Assembly (NCBI RefSeq): GCF_009914755.1
Contig: NC_060929.1
Source of the DNA: the human T2T-CHM13v2.0 reference genome, Homo sapiens
Strand: one strand, 5' to 3'
Length of the DNA: 64,000 bases
Shown here one piece after another: positions 48,030 through 64,000 of the stretch. Under the pieces are notes generated by a model. The model searched no databases. It saw only the letters and a program-made list of their open reading frames with translations, and had not been told where the DNA came from. Position numbers and translations under genes: made by a program. Position 1 is the stretch's first letter. Each line of letters starts with the position of its first letter.

Positions 48030-51000
48030 TCAGCTGGGGAAAGACTTGAATCTGCATGAGAAAATGAGTAGGTTGAAGAAGGGTAAGGAAGAATAGGGTG
48101 ATAGGTGCCTGTCAAGCAGAAGGAGAGAGGAATGGACAGCAGTAATGAATAGATATCAAACAGGATATTTGTAAAATGTGTTTATCTGGCAGGAAGTTAC
48201 TGTACCACTGAGCAGGGGCTGCTGCTGGAACCCTGACATATTAGAAGCCTCAGATTTTAGAGAAACTGAATTCTCCAAAACTGACCTATGTCAAAATGCT
48301 CTTCCACAATGGTGAAATTTGCCATAACCACACTTTTATTTAAAAATCTTGCTCTTAAATAAATGCACATGCACATATTTAATACATTAACTGTTCTTAA
48401 TTACAAACTTGATTGAATTTCCCACTGCTGTTTGGTCACTTGCTGTTACAAAAGTGTCCCCATGGGTATTTTCTTTTACTTGGGTTTTAAAATAAGCTAG
48501 AGAGTCTTAATACCAAATTATTCTCTTTAAAGGAATTGGGATAATGGAATTATTAACATTTATTGAGCACTTCTTCTGTCAAAGCATTTACCTGCTTTAC
48601 CTCATTCAATTCTTAAAACAACCGTTCCATCACTCAACCTCGTGACCACATTCTTGCCCTCATCTGCACATCTGGCCCCTGACCATGGCAAGCAGAGCTT
48701 CTCTGTGGCTCTGATCCCTGTCAATGTCCCAGGTCAGATGCATGAAAAGTATTGCTCAAAGAAGTCACTGTTATAGCCTCTCAGCATGAAGGACTGCCTG
48801 CTCTGGTACAGCCACCTTCCTTGACTGCCGAGCCTTTAATCAATCAACAATTATTTATCAGGCTCCTACTTACTGTTCAGCAAAGTCCCATCTGTCTTCT
48901 GCAGACAGGAATCTTTCTAGATACCGCACATGAAGTTGGATCAGTCAGAAACCTTGAGCCAATCCTTAAGGGTCAAAGAGTTTGTACAGCTGTCATTTTA
49001 GGACAGAGAAATAAAGGCTTAACAGCAAGGTAGAGGATAATGAGAAGGTACTGGAATAGATTAAGAAATCAAGAAATATAAAATTAGAAAATAATATGCA
49101 AATTTTCTTTTAAATTATCCAATGAGAAACCTTTGCAACCAAAATGAAGTCTACTCTTACAATGTCATATAAGATTTGTTCAGTTAGTAAACTATCAACC
49201 TCAACATCCATGCATAATAATAGTCAGGTGTCTTTACTGTAATCAAAGAGTTTATTGAATTTTTAGTGTTATTTAGTATCATTTTAGATTGATCATCTTG
49301 GCTACATTAGGTATCTGTATTTAGATAATAACTTTATATTTAGGTAGACAATTTTAAGACAAAAAGTAGAAATTAACAAAGAGAATTTTTATTAAATTGT
49401 TGGAATTTACCATTTGGAAATCCATACACAGGTTCAATTCCCAAACACCTATATATTGCCTATATTTTCATCATTTTGATGTCATATAACAGACTGTTGA
49501 TTAGTATTATTCACTTGCAACTACTTTAACCACTGAAAGTATTCATTTTCATTATTAATACAAATTGCATGTGTCCACACGTACCTGGAAGTAAAATAAA
49601 ATTAATTATGGAAGTCCTATCTTTCTGCCCTTCTGCCATTGCACCTTGCAAAACTGGGACAACAACTGAACACATCTAACTTTTTTAGTCTTTGAAACCA
49701 CATATCCACCTCCCAGACCTCTATCTTTATGTGTTTACTTATTTTTGAAATTGTTCTTGACTTCATTTTTGTTTGCCTTTTTTCTGTTAATGGGGTTACC
49801 TCCTATTTAAAAAGTGCTTGCTTTTGTATAAGCTCTTTCCCGTAAGGGAGTGGGAGAAGCTGAAAGGCAGGTCAGAGAGCAGGGTGTGCTCACTGCAGCT
49901 GGAGTGAAGGTGTAAAAGACTGACTTTGCATTCTCCACAGTTTGCTCAGGTCTTTCTCTGTCCTAAAACAGATGACAATTTCCTAAATTTGTCTGTATGA
50001 AAAGTCCTATGTTATTTAATAACAGTCCTCGTTTATGCCTGTTTCATTTGGCTTTGACTTATATTGCTTTTGTCTTATGGAAATGTTTGTTCTTCTTAGC
50101 CAGGGAAATTTTGGGTGTTTGGAGAAGGCCTGGAGATATGGATTAGACAATCTTGCTGAGTCTACTCATACAAATTTTAAAAACTTCTTCTTGAGATCAA
50201 ACATTCAACAAGAAAATTTTCCCTGGAAATAGCAGTCTAGATCAGAGATTCTCAATCTTTTAAAAATAGTTTGGCCTCATGACAATTCCCCATTTCTGCA
50301 TATAATGTCTTACAACATGTATTCATCTCTAAGTGTAAATACACAAGAATTTTGTTTAAAGCCTTTTTTTTTTTTTGAGAATTTTTGAACCCATTTTTGA
50401 AATTACTGGAACCATCAGGGATCCGAGGACAATTGGTTCACTTCCTAGTATCACCATTCCAGCCTAAGATATTCCTCCCCTAATGGCAAACTTTTGAGGG
50501 TGAGTATGCACCTGTAGTGGCAGAACTTGACTGTGGAGCCAGGCTGTTGGTGACGTAGCAATATTTTTTTGCCCCTCCTCCCATAGAATTCTGTTTATAT
50601 CAGAGGCCAGTGGCAGAGACTCAAGGTTCAATGTATAGTATGAACAATTACAAAAACTGAATGAATGCTGTATTTTTATGCCTGGTTTCATTTACCACCA
50701 GATGGCTCTATTGTATCATCAGGAAATGCACACATGTAAAATCAGTGGTCTCATAAGCCATAGGGAAAAAAATAAAGCAGAAGTTAGACCTTTAAGGTAT
50801 GTAGGAATGCAGTTCATTCTTTTTTTTTTTTATTTCTTGTTTCTTTTTTATTTATTTATTTTTTTATTGTTATACTTTAAGTTTTAGGGTACATGTGCAC
50901 ATTGTGCAGGTTAGTTACATACGTATACATGTGCCATGCTGGTGTGCTGCACCCACTAACTCGTCATCTAGCATTAGGTATATCTCCCAATGCTATCCCT

Positions 51001-51073
51001 CCCCCCTCTCCCCACCCCGCAACAGTCCCCAGAGTGTGATGTTCCCCTTCCTGTGTCCATGTGATCTCATTGT

Positions 51074-54905
<3,832 letters not shown>

Positions 54906-56438
54906 TATGATGTTAGCTGGTTATTTTGCTCGTTAGTTGATGCAGTTTCTTCCTAGTCTCGATGGTCTTTACATCTTGGCATGATTTTGCAGCAGCTGGT
55001 ACCAGTTGTTCCTTTCCATGTTTAGCACTTCCTTCAAGAGCTCTTTTAGGGCAGGCCTGGTGGTGACAAAATCTCTCAGCATTTGCTTGTCTGTAAAGTA
55101 TTTTATTTCTCCTTCACTCATGAAGCTTAGTTTGGCTGGATATGAAATTCTGGGTTGAAAATTCTTTTCTTTAAGAATGTTGAATATTGGCCCCCACTCT
55201 CTTCTGGCTTGTAGGGTTTCTGCCGAGAGATCCGCTATTAGTCTGATGGGCTTCCCTTTGAGGGTAACGTGACCTTTCTCTCTGGCTGCCCTTAACATTT
55301 TTTCCTTCATTTCAACTTTGGTGAATCTGACAATTATGTGTCTTGGAGTTGCTCTTCTCGAGGAGTATCTTTGTGGCGTTCTCTATATTTCCTGAATCTG
55401 AACGTTGGCCTGCCTTGCTAGACTGGGGAAATTCTCCTGGATAATATCCTGCAGAGTGTTTTCCAACTTGGTTCCATTCTCCCCATCACTTTCAGGTACA
55501 CCAATCAGACGTAGATTTGGTCTTTTCACATAGTCCCATATTTCTTGGAGGCTTTACTCATTTCTTTGTATTCTTTTTTCTCTAAACTTTCCTTCTCGCT
55601 TCATTTCATTCATTTCTTCTTCCATTGCTGATACCCTTTCTTCCAGTTGATCGCATCGGCTCCTGAGGCTTCTGCATTCTTCACGTAGTTCTCGAGCCTT
55701 GGTTTTCAGCTCCATCAGCTCCTTTAAGCACTTCTCTGTATTGGTTATTCTAGTTATACATTCTTCTAAATTTTTTTCAAAGTTTTCAACTTCTTTGCCT
55801 TTGGTTTGAACGTCCTCCCGTAGCTCAGAGTAATTTGATCGTCTGAAGCCTTCTTCCCTCAGCTCATCAAAGTCATTCTCCATCCAGCTTTGTTCCGTTG
55901 CTGGTGAGGAGCTGCATTCCTTTGGAGGAGGAGAGGCACTCTGATTTTTAGTTTCCAGTTTTTCTGCTCTGTTTTTTCCCCATCTTTGTGGTTTTATCTA
56001 CTTTTGGTCTTTGATGATGGTGATGTTCAGATGGGTTTTTGGTGTGGATGTCCTTTCTGTTTGTTAGTTTTCCTTCTAACAGACAGGACCCTCAGCTGCA
56101 GGTCTGTTGGAGTACCCTGCCGTGTGAGGTGTCAGTGTGCCCCTGCTGGAGGGTGCCTCCCAGTTAGGCTGCTCGGGGGTCAGGGGTCAGGGACCCACTT
56201 GAGGAGGCAGTCTGCCCGTTCTCAGATCTCCAGCTGTGTACTGGAAGAACCACTGCTCTCTTCAAAGCTGTCAGACAGGGACATTTAAGTCTGCAGAGGT
56301 TACTGCTGTCTTTTTGTTTGTCTGTGCCCTGCCCCCAGAGGTGGAGCCTACAGAGGCAGGCAGGCCTCCTTGAGCTGTGGTGGGCTCCACCCAGTTAGAG
56401 CTTCCGGGCTGCTTTGTTTACCTAAGCAAGCCTGGGCA

Positions 56439-56774
56439 ATGGCGGGCGCCCCTCCCCCAGCCTCGCTGCCGCCTTGCAGTTTGATCTCAGACTGCTGTGC
56501 TAGCAGTCAGCGAGACTCCGTGGGCGTAGGACCCTCTGAGCCAGGTGCGAGATATAATCTCGTGGTGTGCCGTTTTTTAAGCCGGTTGGAAAAGCGCGGT
56601 ATTCGGGTGGGAGTGACCCGATTTTCCAGGTGCCGTTCGTCACCCCTTTCTTTGACTAGGAAAGGGAACTCCCTGACCCCTTGCGCTTCCCAAGTGAGGC
56701 AATGCCTCGCCCTGCTTTGGGTCGCGTCGGTGTGCGCACCCACTGACCTGCGCCCACTGTCTGGCACTCCCTAG
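56439..56774 (+). other. L1 ORF0 / antisense promoter region of copy B (MAGAPPPASLPPCSLISDCC..., 111 aa)
   Basis: ORF0 peptide within ORF 56370..56774, gcaATGG Kozak context, CpG-rich. Confidence 0.78.
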
Positions 56775-57165
56775 TGAGATGAACCCGGTACCTCAGATGG
56801 AAATGCAGAAATCACCCGTCTTCTGCGTCGCTCAGGCTGGGAGCTGTGGACCGGAGCTGTTCCTATTCGGCCATCTTGGCTCCTCGCAGTTCATTCTTTG
56901 TGGGGTTAATTGGAAGCAGCTGCAGCAGGAGTATTCACAAGAAAACAGGACACACCCACAGCCAAGCTATAGGAAGGTCATCATCCTAGCATGTACAAGG
57001 TTTTCCAACTTTTCATATTTCTTTCTAATTATTAAGTATCACAATAGCAAAAGAGTAGTTAGGAAGTGCTCTAATCTCACAAAGGCCTGTACCTTGTGTT
57101 TTCCTACCAATTTTGCATACTCTTCAGCTTGTAGCTGAGAAAAAGTAACTTTAGAAACATTTTGA

Positions 57166-57456
57166 GTCCAGGCGCAGTGGCTCACACCTGCAATCCCAGC
57201 ACTTTGGGAGGCTGAGGCGGGCAGATCACGAGGTCAGGATTTCAAGACTAGCCTGGCCAACATGGGGAATCCACGTCTCTACTAAAAATATAAAAATTAT
57301 CCAGGCATGGTGGCGCGTGCCTGTAATCTCCAGGGGCTGAGACAGGAGAATCGCTTGAACCCAGGAGGTGGAGGTTGCAGTGAGCCAAGATCGCGCCCTT
57401 GCACTCGGCCTGGGCAACAAGAGCAAAACTCTGCCTGGAAAAAAAAAAAAAAAAAA
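57166..57456 (+). mobile_element. AluS-type element with a small deletion in the right arm
   Basis: Dimeric Alu with poly-A tail. Confidence 0.92.
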
Positions 57457-58017
57457 GAGAAAAAACTTGACAGGCAGAGTCTACACATCTGCTAATTTAA
57501 GTCATATTAGCCAGGCTCTGGGGAAGAATGATCTGATTCTAAAACATGTGGTATCTTTGCTTTAATGACATATGCTAAGAAGGTGAAGATGAGAGGAAAC
57601 AGGGTTTCTCTGAGTTCAGTTGACTCTGTTCCTACTGTTAGATGACTGTTAAAAACATAGGCATTCTAGGTGACATCTTCCATCAGGAATGTGAAATTTT
57701 CATCCTAACCTTTTGGAGTAAGAATAAAAGTTTCAAAGTAGTCAAATTCCAATGACAGTTATTTAATCTAACTTTCTAAAGCTGTTCATTGTCATCATTT
57801 ATTTTTTACTCTTTTTACTTTGTATATTTTAAATGAAACTATTGTTAAAACATTTTGCTGTTTTATTTCCATGTTAAGAAAAGGGGAGGATTTGTGTGAG
57901 TTTATCAAGCCTATCATTGATAAACTCTTATGGATCTTATCAAGTCCATAAGATTGTTTGAGATGCACTCAAACTATCCATGTCAAAAAGTAATACTTGA
58001 TTTTTTTTTTTTTAAAG

Positions 58018-58125
58018 AAAGCGTCCCTGGATACTGGACAGATGGCGTTTACCTTGGCCCAACTTGAGTCCTTGGAGATTTGCCTGAAAGAAGCAGAAGA
58101 AAAGGCTAAAGCTTTATCTGAACAG
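58018..58125 (+). CDS. CCDC192: CCDC192 coding exon 3 (108 nt, KASLDTGQMAFTLAQLESLEICLKEAEEKAKALSEQ), start of the coiled coil; the gene continues beyond the window
   Basis: Poly-T tract with aaag| acceptor and CAG|gtaaca donor. Phase 0/0, heptad-like L/E/K/A pattern, lies within ORF 57997..58221. Confidence 0.9.
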
Positions 58126-58221
58126 GTAACACCTGTCATGGGAACTGGAAACAAATGTTCCTCAGTGTGCAGCATGGCAAGTGTAAATGTAAACACACGT
58201 TTTAACCTCTCCCTCTACTGA

Positions 58222-58298
58222 TACACACACACACACACACACATACACACACACACACACACACATTGCAGTATGCCCCCCCACCCCACACACACACA
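58222..58298. repeat. (CA)n microsatellite ~100 nt downstream of the exon 3 donor
   Basis: Direct reading. Confidence 0.93.
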
Positions 58299-59632
58299 GC
58301 ATTCCATTCATTTTAGACATAACAGTGCTTACTTTAGTCTGTATGGACCTTTTCAGCGTTTAAAACTTTTTTCATCTTTATATTTTATTTGACTTTCATT
58401 CACCACAGGCCATGAGTTAGGCAAACCTTCTTTAACTAAGTGATCTTCCTGAATAAGCAAAGCATATTTGCATTATAAACAGATAAGCTCAAAGATAAAA
58501 TAAAGCCTATTGGAGCCATGCAGAAGTAATTTTCTTTTATTTTTAGGAAACTTTACTTGGAAGAGAGTTTTTCAAATATTGACATCCCTCTTGGGTTTTT
58601 GAAACTTACAGAAGCAAAGCAGCAGGTGATAAGTGGAGCCTGGTCTGCCCCAGGTGGCCTGGACACGTTATAGGTGCTTTGCATGTACAGCAGCTCCATG
58701 ATTTCAGAGACAGTGGCTGTGGGTATAAGTAAAGCTCAGACCAGGGCTGGAACATTTCACAATAAGATTATACTTTGCAAATAGTGCAGCTATTGTTGCC
58801 TTTCCCCCTGGTCAGAGAGGCTTGGCCCCAGGGGACAAACTGCTTGGAGTCTCGGTCCCCCAGTGCTCTCTTTTGGTGACAGTCAGTGAAGGGAAAAGGA
58901 TGGAGGAGGCCCTGCAATGTTAGAAATGTTTATTAATTTCTTCTGGATTGATACATTTAGATAAAAGTATATTTTAGATACATTGGAAAAAAAGAATTTT
59001 AAGGTACTTTTAATAAAGGTAGTCTCCCTGTATAGTGAAACCTAATTGCATCAGAATTTTAGCGGAAACTAAGGAGGAAAGGTGCTTGTGTTATGAGAAA
59101 AAGTATAATTAATATATAATTTAGTGATACACACACAAATGCCCTTCATTTCTTTTTCAGCTTACCAAAAAAGGTGCATCCCTTACTTTGGCATGTATTT
59201 ATTGTTTACTGACTAAATGCGATTGATGCAAGCGGTCACAGGGGGCTTGTGTCAATTAATAAAAATGTGTTGCCCTTTTGGAAAAGTTTCCATCTCAGCC
59301 TCAAGCCATAGCTCTAGCCTGCCAACTGTTGTTTTTTTTTTTTTCTAAAATAAACAAAAACAAGCCTCGAACTGTGGCAAAATTAAGAATTACCAAGAAC
59401 GTAATGATAAACATAAGGTACCATTTCAAAGCAAAAAAAAAAAAAAACTAAGAATTTCAGAGTCTCCAAATTGGGAAAGATTTTTCAATGGATAACTAAA
59501 AAAGGGCACCCATGCTGGGATTAGGTTACACTAAGAAGGTATATAGGATTTTTTTTTTTTGGTAATCAAATGGCTTTTAATGATTTCTCGTTTGAATCAG
59601 TAAGATTGAATTCACTCATAAAAGTACCCATT

Positions 59633-59934
<302 letters not shown>

Positions 59935-59948
59935 TTATCCAATGCAAA

Positions 59949-60677
59949 TGTAACCACCCAATCAATGGGTTCACCTTGCCCGCTGCCTAGACAGAATCGA
60001 TTTATCAAGACAGGGGAATTACAACGGAGAAAGAGTAAATCACAGAGCCGCAGAGCCGGCTGTGCAGGAGACCGGGATTTTATTATTACTCAAATCAGTC
60101 TCCCTAAGCATTCAGGGATCAGAGTTTTTAAAGATAATTCGACGGGGAGGGGCCCGGGAAGTGGGGAGTGCTGGTTGGTCAGGTTGGAGATGGAATCATA
60201 GGAGCTCGAAGTTAGGTTTTCTTAATGTCTTCTGTTCCTGGGTGCGATGGCAGAACTGGTTGGGGCAGATTACCATCTGAGTGGTGTCAGCTGATCCATC
60301 TAGTGCAGGATCTGCAAAATATCTGAAGCACTGATCTTAAGCTTTACAATAGTGATGTTATCCCCAGGAGCAATTTGGGGAGGTTCAGCCACAGGCTGCA
60401 TGAACCCTAAATTGTAATTTCTAATCTTGCAGCTAATTTGGTAGTTCTGCAAGGGCAGATTGGACCCCAGGCAAGAACAGGGTCTTTTCGGGAAAGGGCT
60501 GTTATCAATTTTGTTTCAGAGTCAAACCATGAACTGAATTCCTTCCCAAAGTTAGTTCGGCCTATGCCCAGGAATGAACAAGGACAGCTTAAGGGTTAGA
60601 AGCAAGATAGAGTTGGTTAGGTCTTATTTCTCTCACTGTCATAATTTCCTCAGTTATAATTTACAAAGGTGGTTTCA
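59949..60677 (-). mobile_element. ERV1 solo LTR (LTR8-like)
   Basis: tg...ca termini, 4-nt TSD caaa (59945-59948, 60678-60681), and gggttcaccttgcccgctgcctagacag signature. Confidence 0.85.
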
Positions 60678-61516
60678 CAAATAGCTCCTAATATTTAAGA
60701 TTCTTAGCTGGATGATCTCTTTATATAACACCAAACAATTAGATGTATTTATTTTTTCAGTAATATAGCAGATTAAATATATAAAATGGAAACTGGATTT
60801 CACTTAACTTTTTTGTACCTACCATAAGTAAGGTGCTGGTTAGGTGTTTTGTGGGAAAGACATGTAAGCCAGAGCTTCTCTACCCAAGTAGCTCACAGAG
60901 AATAGAAAAATTGGAAGACATGGAGAATGAAAATAGGTGTTTATATGACTCCAAGATAAACTGCACAATAGCATTAAGTTGCAGGATCTGTACATGTTAA
61001 TTGTACTAAAGGATAGTTCTTGAAGTTGCCAAATTTGCATAACCAAGTGAGTTTAATTGGAAGTTGGCCATAGTTTGAGGAAAGGGAGAGTATGATGTGT
61101 AAAAGCACATTGCAGCCATTTTCAATATTATATTTTTAATTAACTTGAGCATTTTATGAGATCTGGCTGTCTTCATTGTTACTGTTGAGAGGGGTCAATC
61201 AACACTGTTGTCAGAGGATTTAATCCTGAGATTTTTGCTTTCTCCAATGTTTAGTCTCTTCCTTGAAAACATAAAAACTTTAAGAACAGTCCTCTGTCCC
61301 CTATTTTAAAATTTAAGTCAACATTAAAAACATATGGATGAGAGGATAGGGAAAGGGGAGAAACTGATATTTCCTAAGAATGTTCTTGAGAATATTTCAG
61401 AATAGAACACCTGTCACAAACAATCAAACATTTGTCCACTGGGTGCCACTGTCTTCCTTACCAGGCCATGCCACTAAGGGATTGCAGTAAGACTGTCTTT
61501 AGTGTTAAAGACAAGG

Positions 61517-61519
<3 letters not shown>

Positions 61520-61552
<33 letters not shown>

Positions 61553-61600
61553 CTCTCTCTCTCTCTCAATCTGTGTGTATGTGTGTGTGTGTGTGTGTGT
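61520..61600. repeat. Compound (AC)15-(TC)9-aatc-(TG)n microsatellite forming an inverted repeat
   Basis: Direct reading. Confidence 0.93.
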
Positions 61601-62799
61601 TTGAAGGAATATTTTTGCCTGCTGTACACGTTAAGGCTTTTTCTAAATGTCATTAATTTAGGATTTGTCACAAGGATGTTGGGAATGCTAGCTTGCCTTT
61701 ACTGGTAACCCAAATTATGGGCTAGCCGGGTGAAGTAGAATGAGGTGGGGAGTGTGGAAGACACGACAAGAACCAAGATTTGTGCTGGAATGAAGCAGTG
61801 GAAGCTTGCAATATTATCAAACAATGGATCCTGCCTTTGAGAAAAGGGTTAATCTCACTGTTATTCAAGACCTTATCTGTTAGCTTTGCCTCTGAGAACA
61901 CAGATTTAACTCAGAATGGAAAGTATAGGTGCCTAGTGTTGTTACCTGCATTAATCATCTGTTGGTCCTGGGCCTAAATTTGTGCAAACTGGGCATTTCT
62001 AAGGTCTCCTTCAGCAAGGTCCACTGTTACAAAGAAAAAAATTAGAAATAGCCAACAAATAAGAAGGTTGTGGCCACTTCCTCCGATGAGGTCACACAGT
62101 CAACAGAATTCTTTGTTGGGCTTCACTTTAGCTTACAATTATTCTTTATTTCTCTGCAGCCAAGTCACTAATGTCAAAATAAAAGAAATAATGGGATCAG
62201 GATAACTTGCAATTAAGACTTATAATCTGGGTTAGTCAAGGCTTTGAGAAATAACTGCACCAATTCAGCCAAAGTAGAGTGAGAAAGTGTCATTTGGCTC
62301 CAACTTCTAACCTAGGTTATAATGATAAACCACTCAACATATTACCAAGTTTTGCTTAAGAAAATACTTTATTGTATTTCCCATAGGTTAAGATCAGGTG
62401 GGAGGAAAACTAAATGCCTGGATGTTGGGTAATAGATAAAAAAAAGGGTGAATAAAAGGGAGAAAAGCTGTTAGGAATGTGAAAGAAAGATGAAAAGTAA
62501 AAGCATTTCTAGAGAAGCCCATAAAAAATAGTTTTTTCATGTGTGCTGGCTTCTATCACCAGTGAATATAAGAGGACAAGGAAAGGGACTCTGGTGGACT
62601 GCTGTTTATGACCATACACAAGCAAATAGACCATACAGCTTTTGTGCTGAGACAAAAGATAGTGTCAAGAAAACCCATACTTTTGCAATGAAGTCTGGAT
62701 CCAGATGCATGCCAACATAGAGCTTATGAGGTAACATTCCTTTTGGCAGCAGTGTTAGCCCAGAGTCTCTCCCATTTATCAATGGCTTCTGGTTCCCAG

Positions 62800-62970
62800 C
62801 TCCAGGTATCAGATCAGGGAGAGCCCAGGCTTTGTTCCTGCTCCACTATCTGCTAGCTTTATGGCCTTGGGCAATTCACTTTGTCTCCCCAGCTACAGTT
62901 GTCTTATCTAGGAGGGTGTAAACATGCTAGTTACATAGGGCTGTTGTGAGGCTGTTATTAAATGGGATAG
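62800..62970 (+). mobile_element. MIR fragment
   Basis: ggccttgggcaattcact...catagggctgttgtgagg core. Confidence 0.6.
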
Positions 62971-62991
62971 GTATCTGTCCCTCTGTCCCTT

Positions 62992-63375
62992 TGTGGTTAT
63001 TATGGCTGAATGTTTCTGTCCCCCTGCCAAAAAGAAAAAAACCATATATTGAAACCTAATCCACAATATGATAGTATGTGGTGGTGGGATCTTTGGTGGA
63101 TGATAAGTTCTTGAGGGCACTGCCTCAGGAATGGGACTAGTGTCCTTATAAAAGAGACTCAAGGGATCTCCCTCACCCCTTCCACCATGTGAGGACAGAG
63201 CAAGAAGCTGCCATCTGTGAACCAGGAAGCAGACCCTCATAAGACACCAGATCTGTTGGTGCCTTGATCTTGGACTGCTCAGCCTCTAGAATTTGAAGAA
63301 AGAAAGAAATTCCCATTGTTTATATGCTAGCCAGTTTATGGTATTTTGTTATAGCAGCCCAAATGAACTAAGACA
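62992..63375. mobile_element. MLT1A/B-type MaLR solo LTR
   Basis: tatggctgaatgtttctgtcccc...ggtattttgttatagcagcccaaatgaactaagaca. Confidence 0.85.
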
Positions 63376-63831
63376 GTAGGTTCTCAAAAACATCTGTTTA
63401 TTTTCACTCCTACCAGTGGTCATAGCAGAACTGTGTAGTTCTCTTTATGCCTTCAGCCACATAAATTAACGAGTTCCAACCTACCACAAAAGTCTTTCTT
63501 TCTCACACACACACACTGCCCCGCTCGCTACCCAAGCTCCCTTGTCATAACTTGGCTGGCTTTTCTACTATCCAGTTTTCTCTTCTACTCTTTCTCATCT
63601 CTTCATCTGGTAAAGGGATTTTAGTTCTTTAACCTTGTCTTTCCTTTCTGCTTCATCTCTTGGAGCTTCTGTCTGTTTCTGTCCATTATCTGATTTTGTA
63701 CAGACTGGGAGCTGTTTTCCTTGGCAAGCTGGGGCAGGGAGGGTGTCAGGAGGTGAATCCAGTAAGGACTATGTAGTAAGAATTCATTTCATATATCTTC
63801 TGGGTACCATACCTAGCAAAATATAGTTACA

Positions 63832-64000
63832 TATGAGAAAACTTTTTAAAGTTCATGGAAAAATGGAATTAAACAATAAAAATAAAAATTATAAATTTTA
63901 TTTTTCAACATAAGCTTCATCAATTTCAAGACACTTTTGAAGTGATGATACCAGCCCTTTAGTCCACCTTAAAGAACTGAGGGTCCTGGGGATTTAACCA
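63832..64000 (-). mobile_element. HSMAR2 mariner 3' end (runs off the window)
   Basis: Degenerate ITR (aaagttcatggaaaa). The minus strand encodes WLNPQDPQFF and KCLEIDEAYVEK-stop, the mariner transposase C-terminus. Confidence 0.8.

Noticed and set aside
58640-58665. CTCF-like motif tgccccaggtggcc
   Set aside because: Only a partial match, and not supportable without a matrix scan or ChIP data.

Overview
Primate (most likely human) genomic DNA, not prokaryotic. It holds the first three coding exons of a + strand coiled-coil gene that I recognise from memory as CCDC192 (7203-7318, 11517-11568, 58018-58125). The splice phases join to give MPVDV...MGQCYSKK...ENKVS|KASLDTGQMAFTLAQLESLEICLKEAEEKAKALSEQ. 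The ~46 kb second intron is mostly transposon-derived: two full-length antisense L1PA2-like LINE-1s, an older sense L1PA, L1M fragments, a full MST provirus, and Alu, L2/MIR and DNA-transposon relics. Nearly all long ORFs in the track are L1 fragments or repeat artefacts. I found no wholly new gene system. The best leads are: (1) the two young L1s have different TSDs but share the same ORF2 nonsense codon and other variants; (2) one L1 carries a 60-nt 3' transduction; (3) both L1 antisense promoters point along the host gene, with a phase-0 donor that could fuse ORF0 in frame to exon 3; (4) a frame-preserving 15-nt microexon candidate; (5) an RFX X-box promoter and alternative starts that would control an N-myristoylation signal. 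Subfamily names come from recalled consensus sequences, and boundaries of old repeats are approximate.
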